A DNA stretch of 64,000 bases, from positions 4,989 to 68,988 of the forward strand of contig JAHIFE010000178.1 of assembly GCA_018901125.1 (NCBI GenBank). Direction: 5' to 3'. Under the pieces are notes generated by a model. That model ran no database searches. It was not told where the DNA came from and saw only the letters and a program-made list of their open reading frames with translations. Positions 9,935 through 20,279 of this stretch are shown here, one piece after another. Position 1 is the first letter of the stretch, and each line of letters begins with the position of its first letter. The position numbers and the translations under genes were made by a program. The DNA comes from Pseudomonadota bacterium (lineage in GTDB: Bacteria > Desulfobacterota > Desulfobacteria > Desulfobacterales > RPRI01).

Positions 9935-10669
9935 TTATAAATCATTTTCAAAAACATAACCTACCAGCCTGATGCTTTTGAAGTATTTAGGTTTTCTTGA
10001 ATCGTCTTCGAAGTATTTTCTGAACCTTGCCACAAAATTATCCACAGTTCTTGTCGTAATGCTGCCGGTATAACCCCATCCGATTTCAAGGATTTTTCTG
10101 CGCGAAAGTGCCTTTCCTCTGTTTGCAATAAAAAGTTTCAACAGTTTGATTTCCTGTTCCGTTAATGTAACTTTTCCGATTCTGCATAAAGCCGTGGATT
10201 TTTCAAAGTCGATTATATTATCACCAAATTTATATATGTTAGTCAGCAAACCGCCCGCGTCACTTACCGTTATTTCTTCTCTTGATAACCATGAGGCTTT
10301 CACAAGCAAGCGTTCAACTCTTAAGAGAAACTCTTCAAGATTAAATGGTTTTGATAGATAGTCATCAACACCGCAGGAAAGCCCCTTAATTTTATCATTG
10401 GCTTCTGCTTTTGCCGACACAATTAATATAGGGACCCGCTCATCCTCAAGGCGAATGTTTTGAAGAACCGACAAACCGTCAATTCCGGGAAGCATGATAT
10501 CAAGCACTACCAGGTTTGGTCTCCATTTCTTCCATATATGCAGGCCAGATACGCCGTCTTTTGCTATCACTACATCATATCCTTGCAGGGAAAGATTAAG
10601 TTTAAGCCCTTCTGCTATGTGAATATCATCCTCTATTATAAGGATTCGTTTATTTCGCTGATACTTCAT
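9935..10669 (-). CDS. OmpR/PhoB family response regulator
   Basis: RILIIEDD, VVLDIMLPGIDG, DDYLSKPF, winged-helix TRTVDNFVARFRKYFE. Start placed at MKYQ (10669); the ORF track extends to 10762. Confidence 0.93.
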   Translation of the reverse strand: MKYQRNKRILIIEDDIHIAEGLKLNLSLQGYDVVIAKDGVSGLHIWKKWRPNLVVLDIMLPGIDGLSVLQNIRLEDERVPILIVSAKAEANDKIKGLSCGVDDYLSKPFNLEEFLLRVERLLVKASWLSREEITVSDAGGLLTNIYKFGDNIIDFEKSTALCRIGKVTLTEQEIKLLKLFIANRGKALSRRKILEIGWGYTGSITTRTVDNFVARFRKYFEDDSRKPKYFKSIRLVGYVFENDL

Positions 10670-10697
10670 AATAATACTTTTTAATTTTAAAAAATTA

Positions 10698-11648
10698 TCA
10701 TTCTTTATATGGCAATTTAAGGGTAAAAACCGAACCCTTTCCGATTCCGTTGCTTTCAGCAACTACTTTTCCATTATGCGTGTGAGCTATGTTCTGAACA
10801 AGATAAAGGCCAAGACCGCTTCCCTTGGCTGTCATATCCTTGTACTGTCCAACCTGATAAAATTTCCCGAATATTTTCTTTATCTGGTTTTTTTCAATCC
10901 CGATTCCGTTATCCTCAAACTTTAAATGCAAAATATTATTTTGCAAATCAAATGAAATGTCTATTGTTGGTACTTTTGAATCATTGTATTTAACCGCATT
11001 TGTTAATAGATTCATAAGGAGCATTTCAAAAAGATACGTATTTATCGGATAAACATATGGGTTATTCGATAAATTATGAACAGTTATTATGCATTCAGGA
11101 AAAAGATGGCTATTTGTTTTACAAAAAGACTCAACAGCAGCAACAAGATCGGTCTCAATAAAATCTCCCTGATAGCTTTTACTCTCAATCCCGGCAAGAT
11201 CCAGTATGCGTCCTATATTATCAGAAAGTCTAACGACATCCTGTATCATATAATTAATATATTTTATTTGTTCCGGTCTTGAAAGCTCGTGTTTAGAAAG
11301 AGTTTCAAGAAACAATTTTAAGGAGGTTACGGGTGTTTTAAGCTCATGCGTAAAGTTGTTTATAAAGTTTTGCTGAATTCTATACAGCTGGTATGTTTTT
11401 AGATTATACATGAAAATAGTAAATATCCCAAGGAGTATGATTCCGACAAGAACAGATAAGACCAGAATAACTACCCAAGTGTGTGATTCAAGAGCAACCG
11501 ATGGTTCAATGTTAAACCTGGTAACTATCGTCTTGAGACCGGAGCTGACCCTGATATACCAGTATATATACAAAAAAAGCGACGTGGCCAGCGCCATGAC
11601 TGAAAGCATAAAAACAATAATCGGGTAAAACCATTTTGATTGATCCAT
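10698..11648 (-). CDS. Membrane sensor histidine kinase (cognate of the OmpR regulator)
   Basis: Two TM helices, H-box NFTHELKTP, NLLTNAVKY, DNGIGI, GSGLGL. Confidence 0.93.
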   Translation of the reverse strand: MDQSKWFYPIIVFMLSVMALATSLFLYIYWYIRVSSGLKTIVTRFNIEPSVALESHTWVVILVLSVLVGIILLGIFTIFMYNLKTYQLYRIQQNFINNFTHELKTPVTSLKLFLETLSKHELSRPEQIKYINYMIQDVVRLSDNIGRILDLAGIESKSYQGDFIETDLVAAVESFCKTNSHLFPECIITVHNLSNNPYVYPINTYLFEMLLMNLLTNAVKYNDSKVPTIDISFDLQNNILHLKFEDNGIGIEKNQIKKIFGKFYQVGQYKDMTAKGSGLGLYLVQNIAHTHNGKVVAESNGIGKGSVFTLKLPYKE

Positions 11649-11877
11649 AATATTATCTGCTACATCACCTTATAAATAAAGTCAATTTTATAAAATGGTT
11701 ATAGATTCGAAATTAGCTTTGTCGTTTCCTCTTTATTATTGCCTTATTAAAAACTGAAAAACCGACTTTTTACTCGGCGGGAGAGGGTTCCATATTTTTG
11801 AGAAGTCTTATTTATAAAATTATTTAAATAGTGATGAAAGACCAATGTTCATAGATTAACTGATAAAATCGGATTTT

Positions 11878-12999
11878 TTATATGGCAGCGATCATTCTAC
11901 CGGTTTCTTTATTTTCATAGCCTGGAAGTTGAGCAAGTTCATCACGAAATGAACGGGTTTGAAGTATATCAAGCATAGTGCGTATAGCCTGGTGATCCAT
12001 TAAATCGGTTGGAATTATAATATCGCAACGAACCGTTTCCATAGTAATAAAATCAAGCCCCCAGGCGGATGCAATGGCTCTTAGACCCAATGCAGCATCT
12101 GCAAGGCCATAAAGCAGCATCTGTGCTCCTTCTTCGTGGCTCAATACAATGTTATTGTAACCTGCAATTTTATCGGCAGGAATACTTAAACTTTCAAGGC
12201 GATCGTCCAGAAGGGTGCGTAGAGCTGCACCGGCTTCCCGGTTGACAAATCGCACAAATCCTTTGGCAAGATCGGATATACTTTTGATTTTACGAGGATT
12301 TCCCTTTGCTATCATAATGCCCTCCTCAAAATTTGCAAAGGCTATTACATTTGCAGGAGTTCCTCCTAATATTTTCTTTGCAAAAGCAACATTGGATTGT
12401 TCTTTACCTGAATCGTGCATGTGTGTTGCCGCCATATGGGTTTGTCCTGCCGCCAGATGTTTGAGAGACTGCCCGCTGGAAGCAAATCGGCATTTAAGAC
12501 GAACATCCATACATTGTCGGGCAACATGGCTGGCAAGTATTTGTAAAGCCGGATCGCATCCTAAAAGCAAGGCGGTTTTTTCTATCCTGTCGAAATGTTC
12601 AAATAACTTCACTTTCTTTCCGTCGGCTTCAAGCATGCCGTCTGCCGCTTTAAAGCCTTGTCCTAATGACTTTCTTCCTTCAAGAGAGTAACCCACAAAC
12701 TTCTCGCGTATCTTAACAACAGATATTCTACTGTTGGGAGAAATACTTTTGTCCGCAAGAATAATGTCGGCAGAGTGTTCAGGCAGGTTATGATAAAACA
12801 TGTCTTCTACCTTGCAGCCGAGAACTCTTGCCATTTGCAGAGCTACTGTTGTATTAGGGACGTATTTGCCGCTTTCGATGTCATAAACCGCCTGCCTTTT
12901 TATTCCAACCAGAGAAGCAAGCTGAATTTGAGATATTCCTGCTGATTGTCGAATTTCCTTTAGACGGCAAGTTATAGCCGGTTTATCTGATCCGTTCAC
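11878..12999 (-). CDS. XRE-type HTH fused to a PBP-like substrate-binding domain; probable molybdate/tungstate-responsive regulator
   Basis: N-terminal HTH_3 (LKEIRQSAGISQIQLASLVGIKRQAVYDIESGKY); C-terminal PBP-like motifs (FVNREAGAALR, ADAALGL); divergent from modABC. Confidence 0.78.
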   Translation of the reverse strand: MNGSDKPAITCRLKEIRQSAGISQIQLASLVGIKRQAVYDIESGKYVPNTTVALQMARVLGCKVEDMFYHNLPEHSADIILADKSISPNSRISVVKIREKFVGYSLEGRKSLGQGFKAADGMLEADGKKVKLFEHFDRIEKTALLLGCDPALQILASHVARQCMDVRLKCRFASSGQSLKHLAAGQTHMAATHMHDSGKEQSNVAFAKKILGGTPANVIAFANFEEGIMIAKGNPRKIKSISDLAKGFVRFVNREAGAALRTLLDDRLESLSIPADKIAGYNNIVLSHEEGAQMLLYGLADAALGLRAIASAWGLDFITMETVRCDIIIPTDLMDHQAIRTMLDILQTRSFRDELAQLPGYENKETGRMIAAI

Positions 13000-13053
13000 T
13001 GAATATTCTCCGTATACAGCTCATAAAAATTATGCAATTTATAAATTTGTAAT

Positions 13054-13166
13054 TGACAATTATAAACGGCATTTGTATGGTCAAAATCGTTTATGACAAT
13101 TATAAACGTCAAAATATTTATAAGATATTTGCGATTAATTGACAAGATATTTAATATCTATATGTT
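13054..13166. promoter_or_regulatory. Candidate operator repeats and modA promoter
   Basis: 15-bp direct repeat TGACAATTATAAACG at 13054-13068 and 13094-13108; TTGACA (13139)-16 nt-TATGTT with an embedded palindrome AGATATT-T-AATATCT (13145-13159). Confidence 0.6.
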
Positions 13167-13187
13167 TTTAGAAGAAAGGAGCATGAT

Positions 13188-13988
13188 GTGAAAATAAAAT
13201 TTTTGTTAAAGAGTTCTCCCCTGCTGGTTCTTAGCCTTTTTATTCTGGGTATTTATTCAACAATGGCTGTTGCCGGTTCCGGCGCAGAATCTATAACTGT
13301 ATTTGCAGCAGCTTCAACAACCAATGCGATAACAGAAATCGGCAAAATGTTTTCTGAGCAAAATAAGGTTGAATTCATTCCATCTTTTGCATCATCATCA
13401 ACTTTGGCAAAGCAGATCGAAAACCAGGCCCCTGCAAATTTATATATTTCTGCCAATTACAAATGGATGGATTATCTTAAAGAAAAAAAGATAATCAATA
13501 ACTCTTCCCGGTTTGATCTTTTGAGCAATCGGATTGTTCTTATTGTTCCAGCGGACAGCAGCATCAAAAAAATAGATATTAAAGCAAATTTTGATCTTTC
13601 CAAACTTTTGGGAAACGGGTATTTATCCATGGGTGATCCTGATCACGTACCTGCAGGAATTTACGGAAAACAGTCTCTTGAAAATCTGGGTGTATGGGAT
13701 AGCATCAAAGATAAAGTTGCCAGGTCAAAGGATGTTCGTGCAGCCCTTATGCTGGTTGAACGGGGAGAATCGCCCCTGGGCATTATTTATGTCACGGATG
13801 CAGCCATTACAAAAAAGGTAAGAATTGTTGGCACGTTTCCCGAAGAAAGCCACTCTTCTATATTATATTCTGTAGCGCTGGTTGCCGGCAAAGAAACTCC
13901 TGCGGCCCTGGATTTCATGAAATTTCTTAAAACCCAAGAAGCAAAATCCATATTTGAAAAATACGGCTTTACCGTTTTGCAAAATTAA
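13188..13988 (+). CDS. modA: Molybdate ABC transporter substrate-binding protein
   Basis: VFAAASTT, SFASSSTLAKQI, GDPDHVPAGIYG, DVRAALMLVERGE motifs; signal peptide. Confidence 0.95.
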   Translation: MKIKFLLKSSPLLVLSLFILGIYSTMAVAGSGAESITVFAAASTTNAITEIGKMFSEQNKVEFIPSFASSSTLAKQIENQAPANLYISANYKWMDYLKEKKIINNSSRFDLLSNRIVLIVPADSSIKKIDIKANFDLSKLLGNGYLSMGDPDHVPAGIYGKQSLENLGVWDSIKDKVARSKDVRAALMLVERGESPLGIIYVTDAAITKKVRIVGTFPEESHSSILYSVALVAGKETPAALDFMKFLKTQEAKSIFEKYGFTVLQN

Positions 13989-14084
13989 ATACTTCTACAA
14001 TGGATGGCAAACATGGGTTCAATCTGGAATGAAAGGTAAGATTCCGTCAAGGTTTAAATATGGGGCAATGGAGTTTATCTTGCT

Positions 14085-14768
14085 ATGACAGTAATGGAAT
14101 GGGAGGCACTTCGCTTAAGTCTTTGGGTTTCATGCTGTGCCATGACAGGCAGCCTGATTCCAGGGATTTTGGTTGCATGGATTCTTGCGCGCTTTGAATT
14201 TCCAGGCAAATCTATTTTAGACGGATTGGTGCATCTGCCGTTGGTGGTTCCTCCTGTTGTGATAGGATATTTGCTTCTTCTTCTTTTCGGGCAAAGAGGA
14301 ATAATAGGCGCCTGGTTGCTAAAAACTCTTGGTGTTACAGTTGCATTTACCTGGAAGGGCGCTGCAATTGCTGCCGCAGCCATGGCATTTCCTTTGCTTG
14401 TGAGGGCCGTAAGACTTTCTATCGAAGGTGTGGATCAGGGGATAGAAGATGCTGCCCGCACACTTGGCGCAGGACCAGTGAGAGTGTTTTTTACAGTTAC
14501 TCTTCCATTGATTACGCCAGGAATCATTACAGGGCTGATTCTTTCCTTCGCACGAAGCCTCGGTGAATTCGGGGCAACGATCACTTTTGTATCCAACATT
14601 CAGGGGCAGACGCAAACGCTTCCCCTGGCTCTTTACACACTTACTCAGACCCCGGGAGGAGAAGCCGGTGCAATGCGGTTATGTGTAATATCGGTTGCGG
14701 TCGCTATGTCTGCGCTTATCGCTTCCGAAGTTATGTCGAAACGATTTACCGCTTATATAAGGGGTTGA
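14085..14768 (+). CDS. modB: Molybdate ABC transporter permease
   Basis: LPLVVPPVVIGY, EDAARTLGA, FARSLGEFGAT, TLPLA motifs. Confidence 0.96.
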   Translation: MTVMEWEALRLSLWVSCCAMTGSLIPGILVAWILARFEFPGKSILDGLVHLPLVVPPVVIGYLLLLLFGQRGIIGAWLLKTLGVTVAFTWKGAAIAAAAMAFPLLVRAVRLSIEGVDQGIEDAARTLGAGPVRVFFTVTLPLITPGIITGLILSFARSLGEFGATITFVSNIQGQTQTLPLALYTLTQTPGGEAGAMRLCVISVAVAMSALIASEVMSKRFTAYIRG

Positions 14769-15473
14769 TTGGTGATAGATATTCATGTTGAAAAAAAGCA
14801 GGGTGATTTCCGGATTAATGCTACATTTGCTTCTATAGAAACGGGTATTACCGCGCTTTTTGGAAGTTCAGGCGCGGGAAAGACATCTATCATCAACATG
14901 GTGGCTGGACTTCTTCGCCCCGACAAAGGACATATCACTATAGACGGGTGCTGTTTATTTGATTCGGATAAAGGGATAAATGTCTCTCCGGAAAAGCGGC
15001 GTATTGGTTACATATTTCAGGAAGGCCGTCTGTTTCCACATCTTAGCGTACTATCCAACCTTACTTATGGTATGCGTCTGATTCCGCCTTCACAGCGTTA
15101 TGTTAAACTTGATCAGGTCGTTGAGCTTTTGGGTATAGAAAGCTTGCTTTGTCGCAGACCCGCCAAACTGTCGGGAGGTGAAAAACAGCGTGTTGCCATC
15201 GGCAGGGCGCTACTTACAAGCCCTACAATTCTTCTTATGGATGAACCTCTTGCTTCTCTGGACGCTGCCCGTAAGGCAGAAGTTCTCCCATTTATTACTG
15301 CTCTCACCCGAAACCTGTTGATACCTATTCTTTATGTTACCCACGATTTAGAAGAAATCATGACTCTTGCAGATAATGTTGTGTTAATTGAATCAGGCTG
15401 CGCAACTGTTGCAGGATCTCCTGAAGAAGTAATTAACCGAATCAAATTGCAATTTCATAAAGCTAAATTCTGA
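14769..15473 (+). CDS. modC: Molybdate ABC transporter ATPase (short form, no C-terminal TOBE/Mop domain)
   Basis: Walker A GSSGAGKT, YIFQEGRLFPHL, LSGGEKQRVAIGRAL, LLMDEP; only 234 aa. Confidence 0.94.
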   Translation: MVIDIHVEKKQGDFRINATFASIETGITALFGSSGAGKTSIINMVAGLLRPDKGHITIDGCCLFDSDKGINVSPEKRRIGYIFQEGRLFPHLSVLSNLTYGMRLIPPSQRYVKLDQVVELLGIESLLCRRPAKLSGGEKQRVAIGRALLTSPTILLMDEPLASLDAARKAEVLPFITALTRNLLIPILYVTHDLEEIMTLADNVVLIESGCATVAGSPEEVINRIKLQFHKAKF

Positions 15474-15484
15474 AAACAGCAAGG

Positions 15485-16735
15485 TCAGAAGCTTTCCAGC
15501 CAGCGTTTTTCCAGTGATTTGTAATTGACCCCGAACTCCCCGAAAGCGCGGTCGATAGCCTCTGAAATTGTCAATCCATCACCAAGAGCAAAAACAAGTT
15601 TTTGCAGACGATACCAGTCATATTCGTCTCTTAAAAAGCGTACGAAGGAATAGCTTTGCTCATAGGCCAGCATTGCATGCATGCCGGAATAATTTTTAAA
15701 AGACCCCTCAAGGGCGGCAAGTTTTAACAGCTTATTATGCCTTCTGGCCTTCTCAAACAAAACCATCTTCCGATCTTCCTGCTCATACTCTGAAAGTTGA
15801 GCAAGGCCTTCGTTAAGCCAGCAAGGGATGTTAGCTCCGGCAATGTCTCTCAAAATCACATGCATGTATTCATGGGTCAAAAGCTGCTTTACTCTCTTGC
15901 CGACAGTTTCAATGCCACCGATAGGAAGCCGGATTTTCCCGTCATACAGCCCTCCTGACCAGTCGGGTGAATGGGTTATGTCTTTGAATTGCTTGCGGCT
16001 ATATAATATAACCGGAGTTTGCTGCTCAGGATAATAGTCCATCAAAGAACCAAGGTGGGAATAGATATCTTCGAGTGCGTTAAGTACATCCGATCCCAGA
16101 AGATCATTGGCATTTCCTTCGAAGGTAATGGTAAAATGTCTGCCATACTCCTTTTTCATATCCTGTTCTACAGCCAGTTCCCGCTGCACCTTTTTATACA
16201 TATCTTCAATTGCCTTGTTGCCGGAATCAAGCATACGGGCAGATCCAAGAACCTCGAAAGCATCATGCATCCGGTCTGTAGCATAAAATATTTTTCCAAG
16301 CATGAACAGAACTTGCGCATCAGGTTCTCCCATGCTGCGTGCTATTTGCAGGTTAACCTCGGCTTCGTCATATTTATTTAGGCGAAAAAGTGCAAGTCCG
16401 CTCATGACCCGAAACAGACGATTTTTGCCATCAAACTCCTGCGCTTCTAACATAAGAGAGGCCAGTGCTTGATAATCTTTCTTTTGAGACAGAGCGATTC
16501 CGGCTGACAGATAGGCATTCTGAAGGTTTTTGCGGATTACCTCATTCTGGGGAAGCTTCTCACTCAACTGTTTTAGCAACTCGATTGCATCTTTATGCTT
16601 CCCCTGATTCAGCATCTGAACCGCCCTGTTGTTGTCATCGTGATAACTGCGCTGATCTGCCTGTGCTCCAGGGCAATACAGTAGCAGCGCCAACAGCAGG
16701 GACATAAGAATTGTTGCAACTTGTTTGGTTTTCAT
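15485..16735 (-). CDS. Secreted TPR-repeat protein with a peptidase MA-like zinc metallopeptidase domain
   Basis: Signal peptide from MKTKQV (16735), TPR-like helices, DWSGGLYDGKIRLP, HEYMH (HExxH) and WLNEGLAQ downstream Glu motif. Confidence 0.8.
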   Translation of the reverse strand: MKTKQVATILMSLLLALLLYCPGAQADQRSYHDDNNRAVQMLNQGKHKDAIELLKQLSEKLPQNEVIRKNLQNAYLSAGIALSQKKDYQALASLMLEAQEFDGKNRLFRVMSGLALFRLNKYDEAEVNLQIARSMGEPDAQVLFMLGKIFYATDRMHDAFEVLGSARMLDSGNKAIEDMYKKVQRELAVEQDMKKEYGRHFTITFEGNANDLLGSDVLNALEDIYSHLGSLMDYYPEQQTPVILYSRKQFKDITHSPDWSGGLYDGKIRLPIGGIETVGKRVKQLLTHEYMHVILRDIAGANIPCWLNEGLAQLSEYEQEDRKMVLFEKARRHNKLLKLAALEGSFKNYSGMHAMLAYEQSYSFVRFLRDEYDWYRLQKLVFALGDGLTISEAIDRAFGEFGVNYKSLEKRWLESF

Positions 16736-16850
16736 GTTTTTTAATAAGGCCTTTTGCGAGATTATTCGGGATAGAGAGGGTCGCCTTTTTAATCCCGGAA
16801 CCCTCATAGGTTCACTATCTCTTTTGAAGGTGATCTATGGTTTCACTTAT

Positions 16851-19163
16851 TTATTTTCCATATATTACAACTCGGTTTCTTCCTTCTTTTTTGGCTTTAT
16901 AAAGTGCATAATCCGCCGTTTTAATTAAATCTGTAGTATTGTTATCAGTGGCAGGAATTATGGTGCTAACTCCAAAACTCATTGTAACCACGCTGCAATT
17001 TTGAGAGCCGGAATGATTAATTCCAAGAGCTTCAATCTTAGAACGCATCTTATCGGCAATGTTGTCCGCACCCTTTTCATCTATTCCCGGCAACAGGACA
17101 GCAAATTCTTCTCCGCCATAACGTGCTACTAAATCGGCAGGTCTTTTGACGACAATCTTTAAAGTATTTGCCACCTTTTTAAGACAGTCATCACCTTTTT
17201 GATGGCCGTATGTGTCATTATATGCTTTGAAGTAATCGATATCACCCATAATCATTGATACAGGCTTAGATTCACGCATCATACGCTTCCACTCAAACTC
17301 AATAACTTCATCCAGATGTCTTCGATTTGCCACACCGGTTAGCCCATCAAGATAAGAAAGTTTTTTCAACTCTTCTTCCAGTTTCTTCCGATCTGTAATA
17401 TCTCTTATGATTCCAACTGCAAGCCACTTTCCTTTCAACTTAACAGAAGATAATGAAAGTTCAATCGGGAATTCATCGCCGCCTTTTCTTACTGCTTCAA
17501 GTTCAAGGGTTTTCCCAATCGCATTTCCTTTGCCCGTTATTTTAAATTTAGTAAATCCTTTCAGAAAAGCTGCGTGGAATTTTTCAGGAGAAAGCAATTT
17601 ATGAAGATTTTTACCCAACACTTCCTCAGAGGTGTAACCCAGAATTTTTTCCGCAGCAGCGTTCCAGTATGAGATCGCACCATTATCATTCATCATTATA
17701 ACAGCATCGTTTGCAATAGAGGTAATCGTGCTAAACATTTCCTCATTTTCAATAATGGCTGTTTCGCATTGTTTATTTTCAGTTATGTTGGTATAAAGCA
17801 TCATCAGATCAATGATGTTACCTTTTTCATCACTAATATGATCAGCTCTTAGAAGAATATTTAACAGGTCGTTGTCGCGGGTTTTCATTTTAACCTCGCC
17901 CTTCCATGAATTGCCCTGTATGATAGAATTATATACTTCTTTTGCTGTTTTGTAGTCAGCATGCAGTATGGACGGTCCGCCGAGCCTGTTTAATTCCTCT
18001 GTTGTATAACCGAATAATTCCAAAAAAGCATTGTTACTGTAAACAGCTTTTCCCGAAATATCGGCCAATATAATAGCATCACTCGTGCTTTCAACCACTT
18101 TATTGATACGAAGCAGTTCAATATTTTCACTTTCAATCTGCTTTTCAACTCCTCCCAGAAACCTGTAAAATATTGCAAATAAAATTATTGCCAATACTAT
18201 ACAGATCGCCGTGACAATTGCTATTGTTATCTTGTGGTGCATTTTCAAATCGGTAATATCACGTACAATTACCATTGTTCCTATAAGCCGGTTCCCTGCA
18301 TCTGTAACTGGAAAATATTTGCTGTAATAATTCCGATTATTAAATGTAACCTCAACATTGCTGGTTCCAGGGGCGCCGTCTTTATCTATAAAATTCGTGG
18401 CAAGTTTATCCGGAAAAACTTTTGATGTCTGGTCTATGATAACTACAGACGGAAAACGGTCCCACCTTGCTTCGCGGCCCAGCATTTTCATGCCTGTTTC
18501 CCAGTGTTTTCTATCAAGATATTGTTTATTGATCAGAATATAAATATCAAGACCGAATATTTTATTAAATTTTTGTGTGATACTATCTATTTCTTCAGCA
18601 AGTTCCACAAAACCGATTAATTTTTTATCTTCATACCAGGGCATGACAGCCCTTAGGGCAAATGTACCAAACGTACCTAATTCAATCCCGGAAAATTGTT
18701 TCCCTGTTTTTTCAGCATTAATTGTGGTAAATCGATTTGTTATATCACCATACTTATCAGGATTATTAACACGCAGAATGTTTATACGGTCCGGACCTGT
18801 AAAATAAAAATGTGTAATACGAAAGTCTTCTTTAAGTTCTTCAAATAAACTTTTGGTGATATTGAATAATTCAGCCCTATCCTTCTTTATCAAAGCCTTT
18901 TTTATCTCTTTATCTTTAGAAACCACCTTTAATGCTGCACACATCAAGTGAGCATCGCTTTCTATTTGCAAGGTAAACAGATTATGCAAGGATTGTATGT
19001 TATTAAACACATCATTAATAACATAATCTTTATGAAAAATTTGAAAGATATATACAAATGAAATCAAAAAAATGGCCAATGCCAGCATTAACGGAATCAG
19101 AATATGGTATTTCAATTTGAAAATTTTCATTTGTGCAAGGCCAAGTCCTTTCTTCGAATCCAA
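16851..19163 (-). CDS. Membrane diguanylate cyclase (Cache-like periplasmic domain, 2 PAS, GGEEF)
   Basis: Two TM segments, two PAS domains, DGLTGVANRR, DIDYFKAYNDTYGH, RPADLVARYGGEEF (active A-site plus RxxD I-site). Alternative start at 19130. Confidence 0.93.
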   Translation of the reverse strand: MDSKKGLGLAQMKIFKLKYHILIPLMLALAIFLISFVYIFQIFHKDYVINDVFNNIQSLHNLFTLQIESDAHLMCAALKVVSKDKEIKKALIKKDRAELFNITKSLFEELKEDFRITHFYFTGPDRINILRVNNPDKYGDITNRFTTINAEKTGKQFSGIELGTFGTFALRAVMPWYEDKKLIGFVELAEEIDSITQKFNKIFGLDIYILINKQYLDRKHWETGMKMLGREARWDRFPSVVIIDQTSKVFPDKLATNFIDKDGAPGTSNVEVTFNNRNYYSKYFPVTDAGNRLIGTMVIVRDITDLKMHHKITIAIVTAICIVLAIILFAIFYRFLGGVEKQIESENIELLRINKVVESTSDAIILADISGKAVYSNNAFLELFGYTTEELNRLGGPSILHADYKTAKEVYNSIIQGNSWKGEVKMKTRDNDLLNILLRADHISDEKGNIIDLMMLYTNITENKQCETAIIENEEMFSTITSIANDAVIMMNDNGAISYWNAAAEKILGYTSEEVLGKNLHKLLSPEKFHAAFLKGFTKFKITGKGNAIGKTLELEAVRKGGDEFPIELSLSSVKLKGKWLAVGIIRDITDRKKLEEELKKLSYLDGLTGVANRRHLDEVIEFEWKRMMRESKPVSMIMGDIDYFKAYNDTYGHQKGDDCLKKVANTLKIVVKRPADLVARYGGEEFAVLLPGIDEKGADNIADKMRSKIEALGINHSGSQNCSVVTMSFGVSTIIPATDNNTTDLIKTADYALYKAKKEGRNRVVIYGK

Positions 19164-20279
19164 TTTTAGGTTATCTGTTATGAAATACCTAATGGATAAA
19201 AAACAAAATATTGCGAGCCAGTTTCAATTGTTGCATAAAGATCCAAGGCGCAAAAAAGAATAAATTTTTGAGACATTTTGTGGAGAACAATTTTGCTATT
19301 GATTGTGGATTCAAGAGCTAATTTTGTTCATCCGCCAGAGTGCATAAAAATAAAGTGTCAGTTCAATACAAATAGAATGAATGCTGTGATATTAAATAAG
19401 CTCGTGAATATATTACACCATAAAACGATAAGGAGTCAATAGTTAAGCCGGATAATACAGCAATGCGAGCCATGCTAAATAAGGCGGTCATAAAGAGCAT
19501 AACAACATCTTACCTTATAGTACCTTCTGATATTTACAGATGAGATCATTATAGTTAACATCTTAATATATTAAAATATTTATCATCAACGCATTCCACG
19601 CAGACAAGGATAATCTATATTTTAATTATTTTAATTTTATTTTCTTGTCAAAACAAACCGGATGATATATAATACTATAAAATCAGGTTGATGTTTGTTG
19701 ATGATGAGCAACTCTTTTTTGAAAGAATCATTAATAATTTCCATAATGACAAACTTCTTGACAGTTGTAAAATCATATTATAATTAAAAATATCATAAAG
19801 ATATCAAGCCCGCCTTGGAGTGGATACTTAATTTAATCTTCTGATAAAATACCGATAGATGGCAAATATTCCTCCATAGAAATTAATCCTTCTTTATCAA
19901 TGAGTTGTGGATGGTAATTTATATATTTTATTTTTCATACGGCAAGCCACACGCAGCAGGCATATATTCCTTAAGTTTTGGACAAAAAAAACGAAATATA
20001 AGAATATGGCTAAATAATAAGTTGATAGACTTTTTAAAAAGTCTTTATCAGAAGGAGAGAAGTGAAAAACTTCATATACAAGTAACATGAGATCTTTGAA
20101 GAATGTTCATTTTTGCTCAAATTCAAGGAAGGTGATAATTTCAACCGCTGGAATAAATCTTACCGATAGAGGCCCGCTTGTTTGTGTAAACTATTAACCA
20201 ATTATTATAAGCAACTAAATATTTTTTGTATAATAATTTCAGGAAAGATTTTTCTGAAATTAATGAGGTTAAAAGATTA

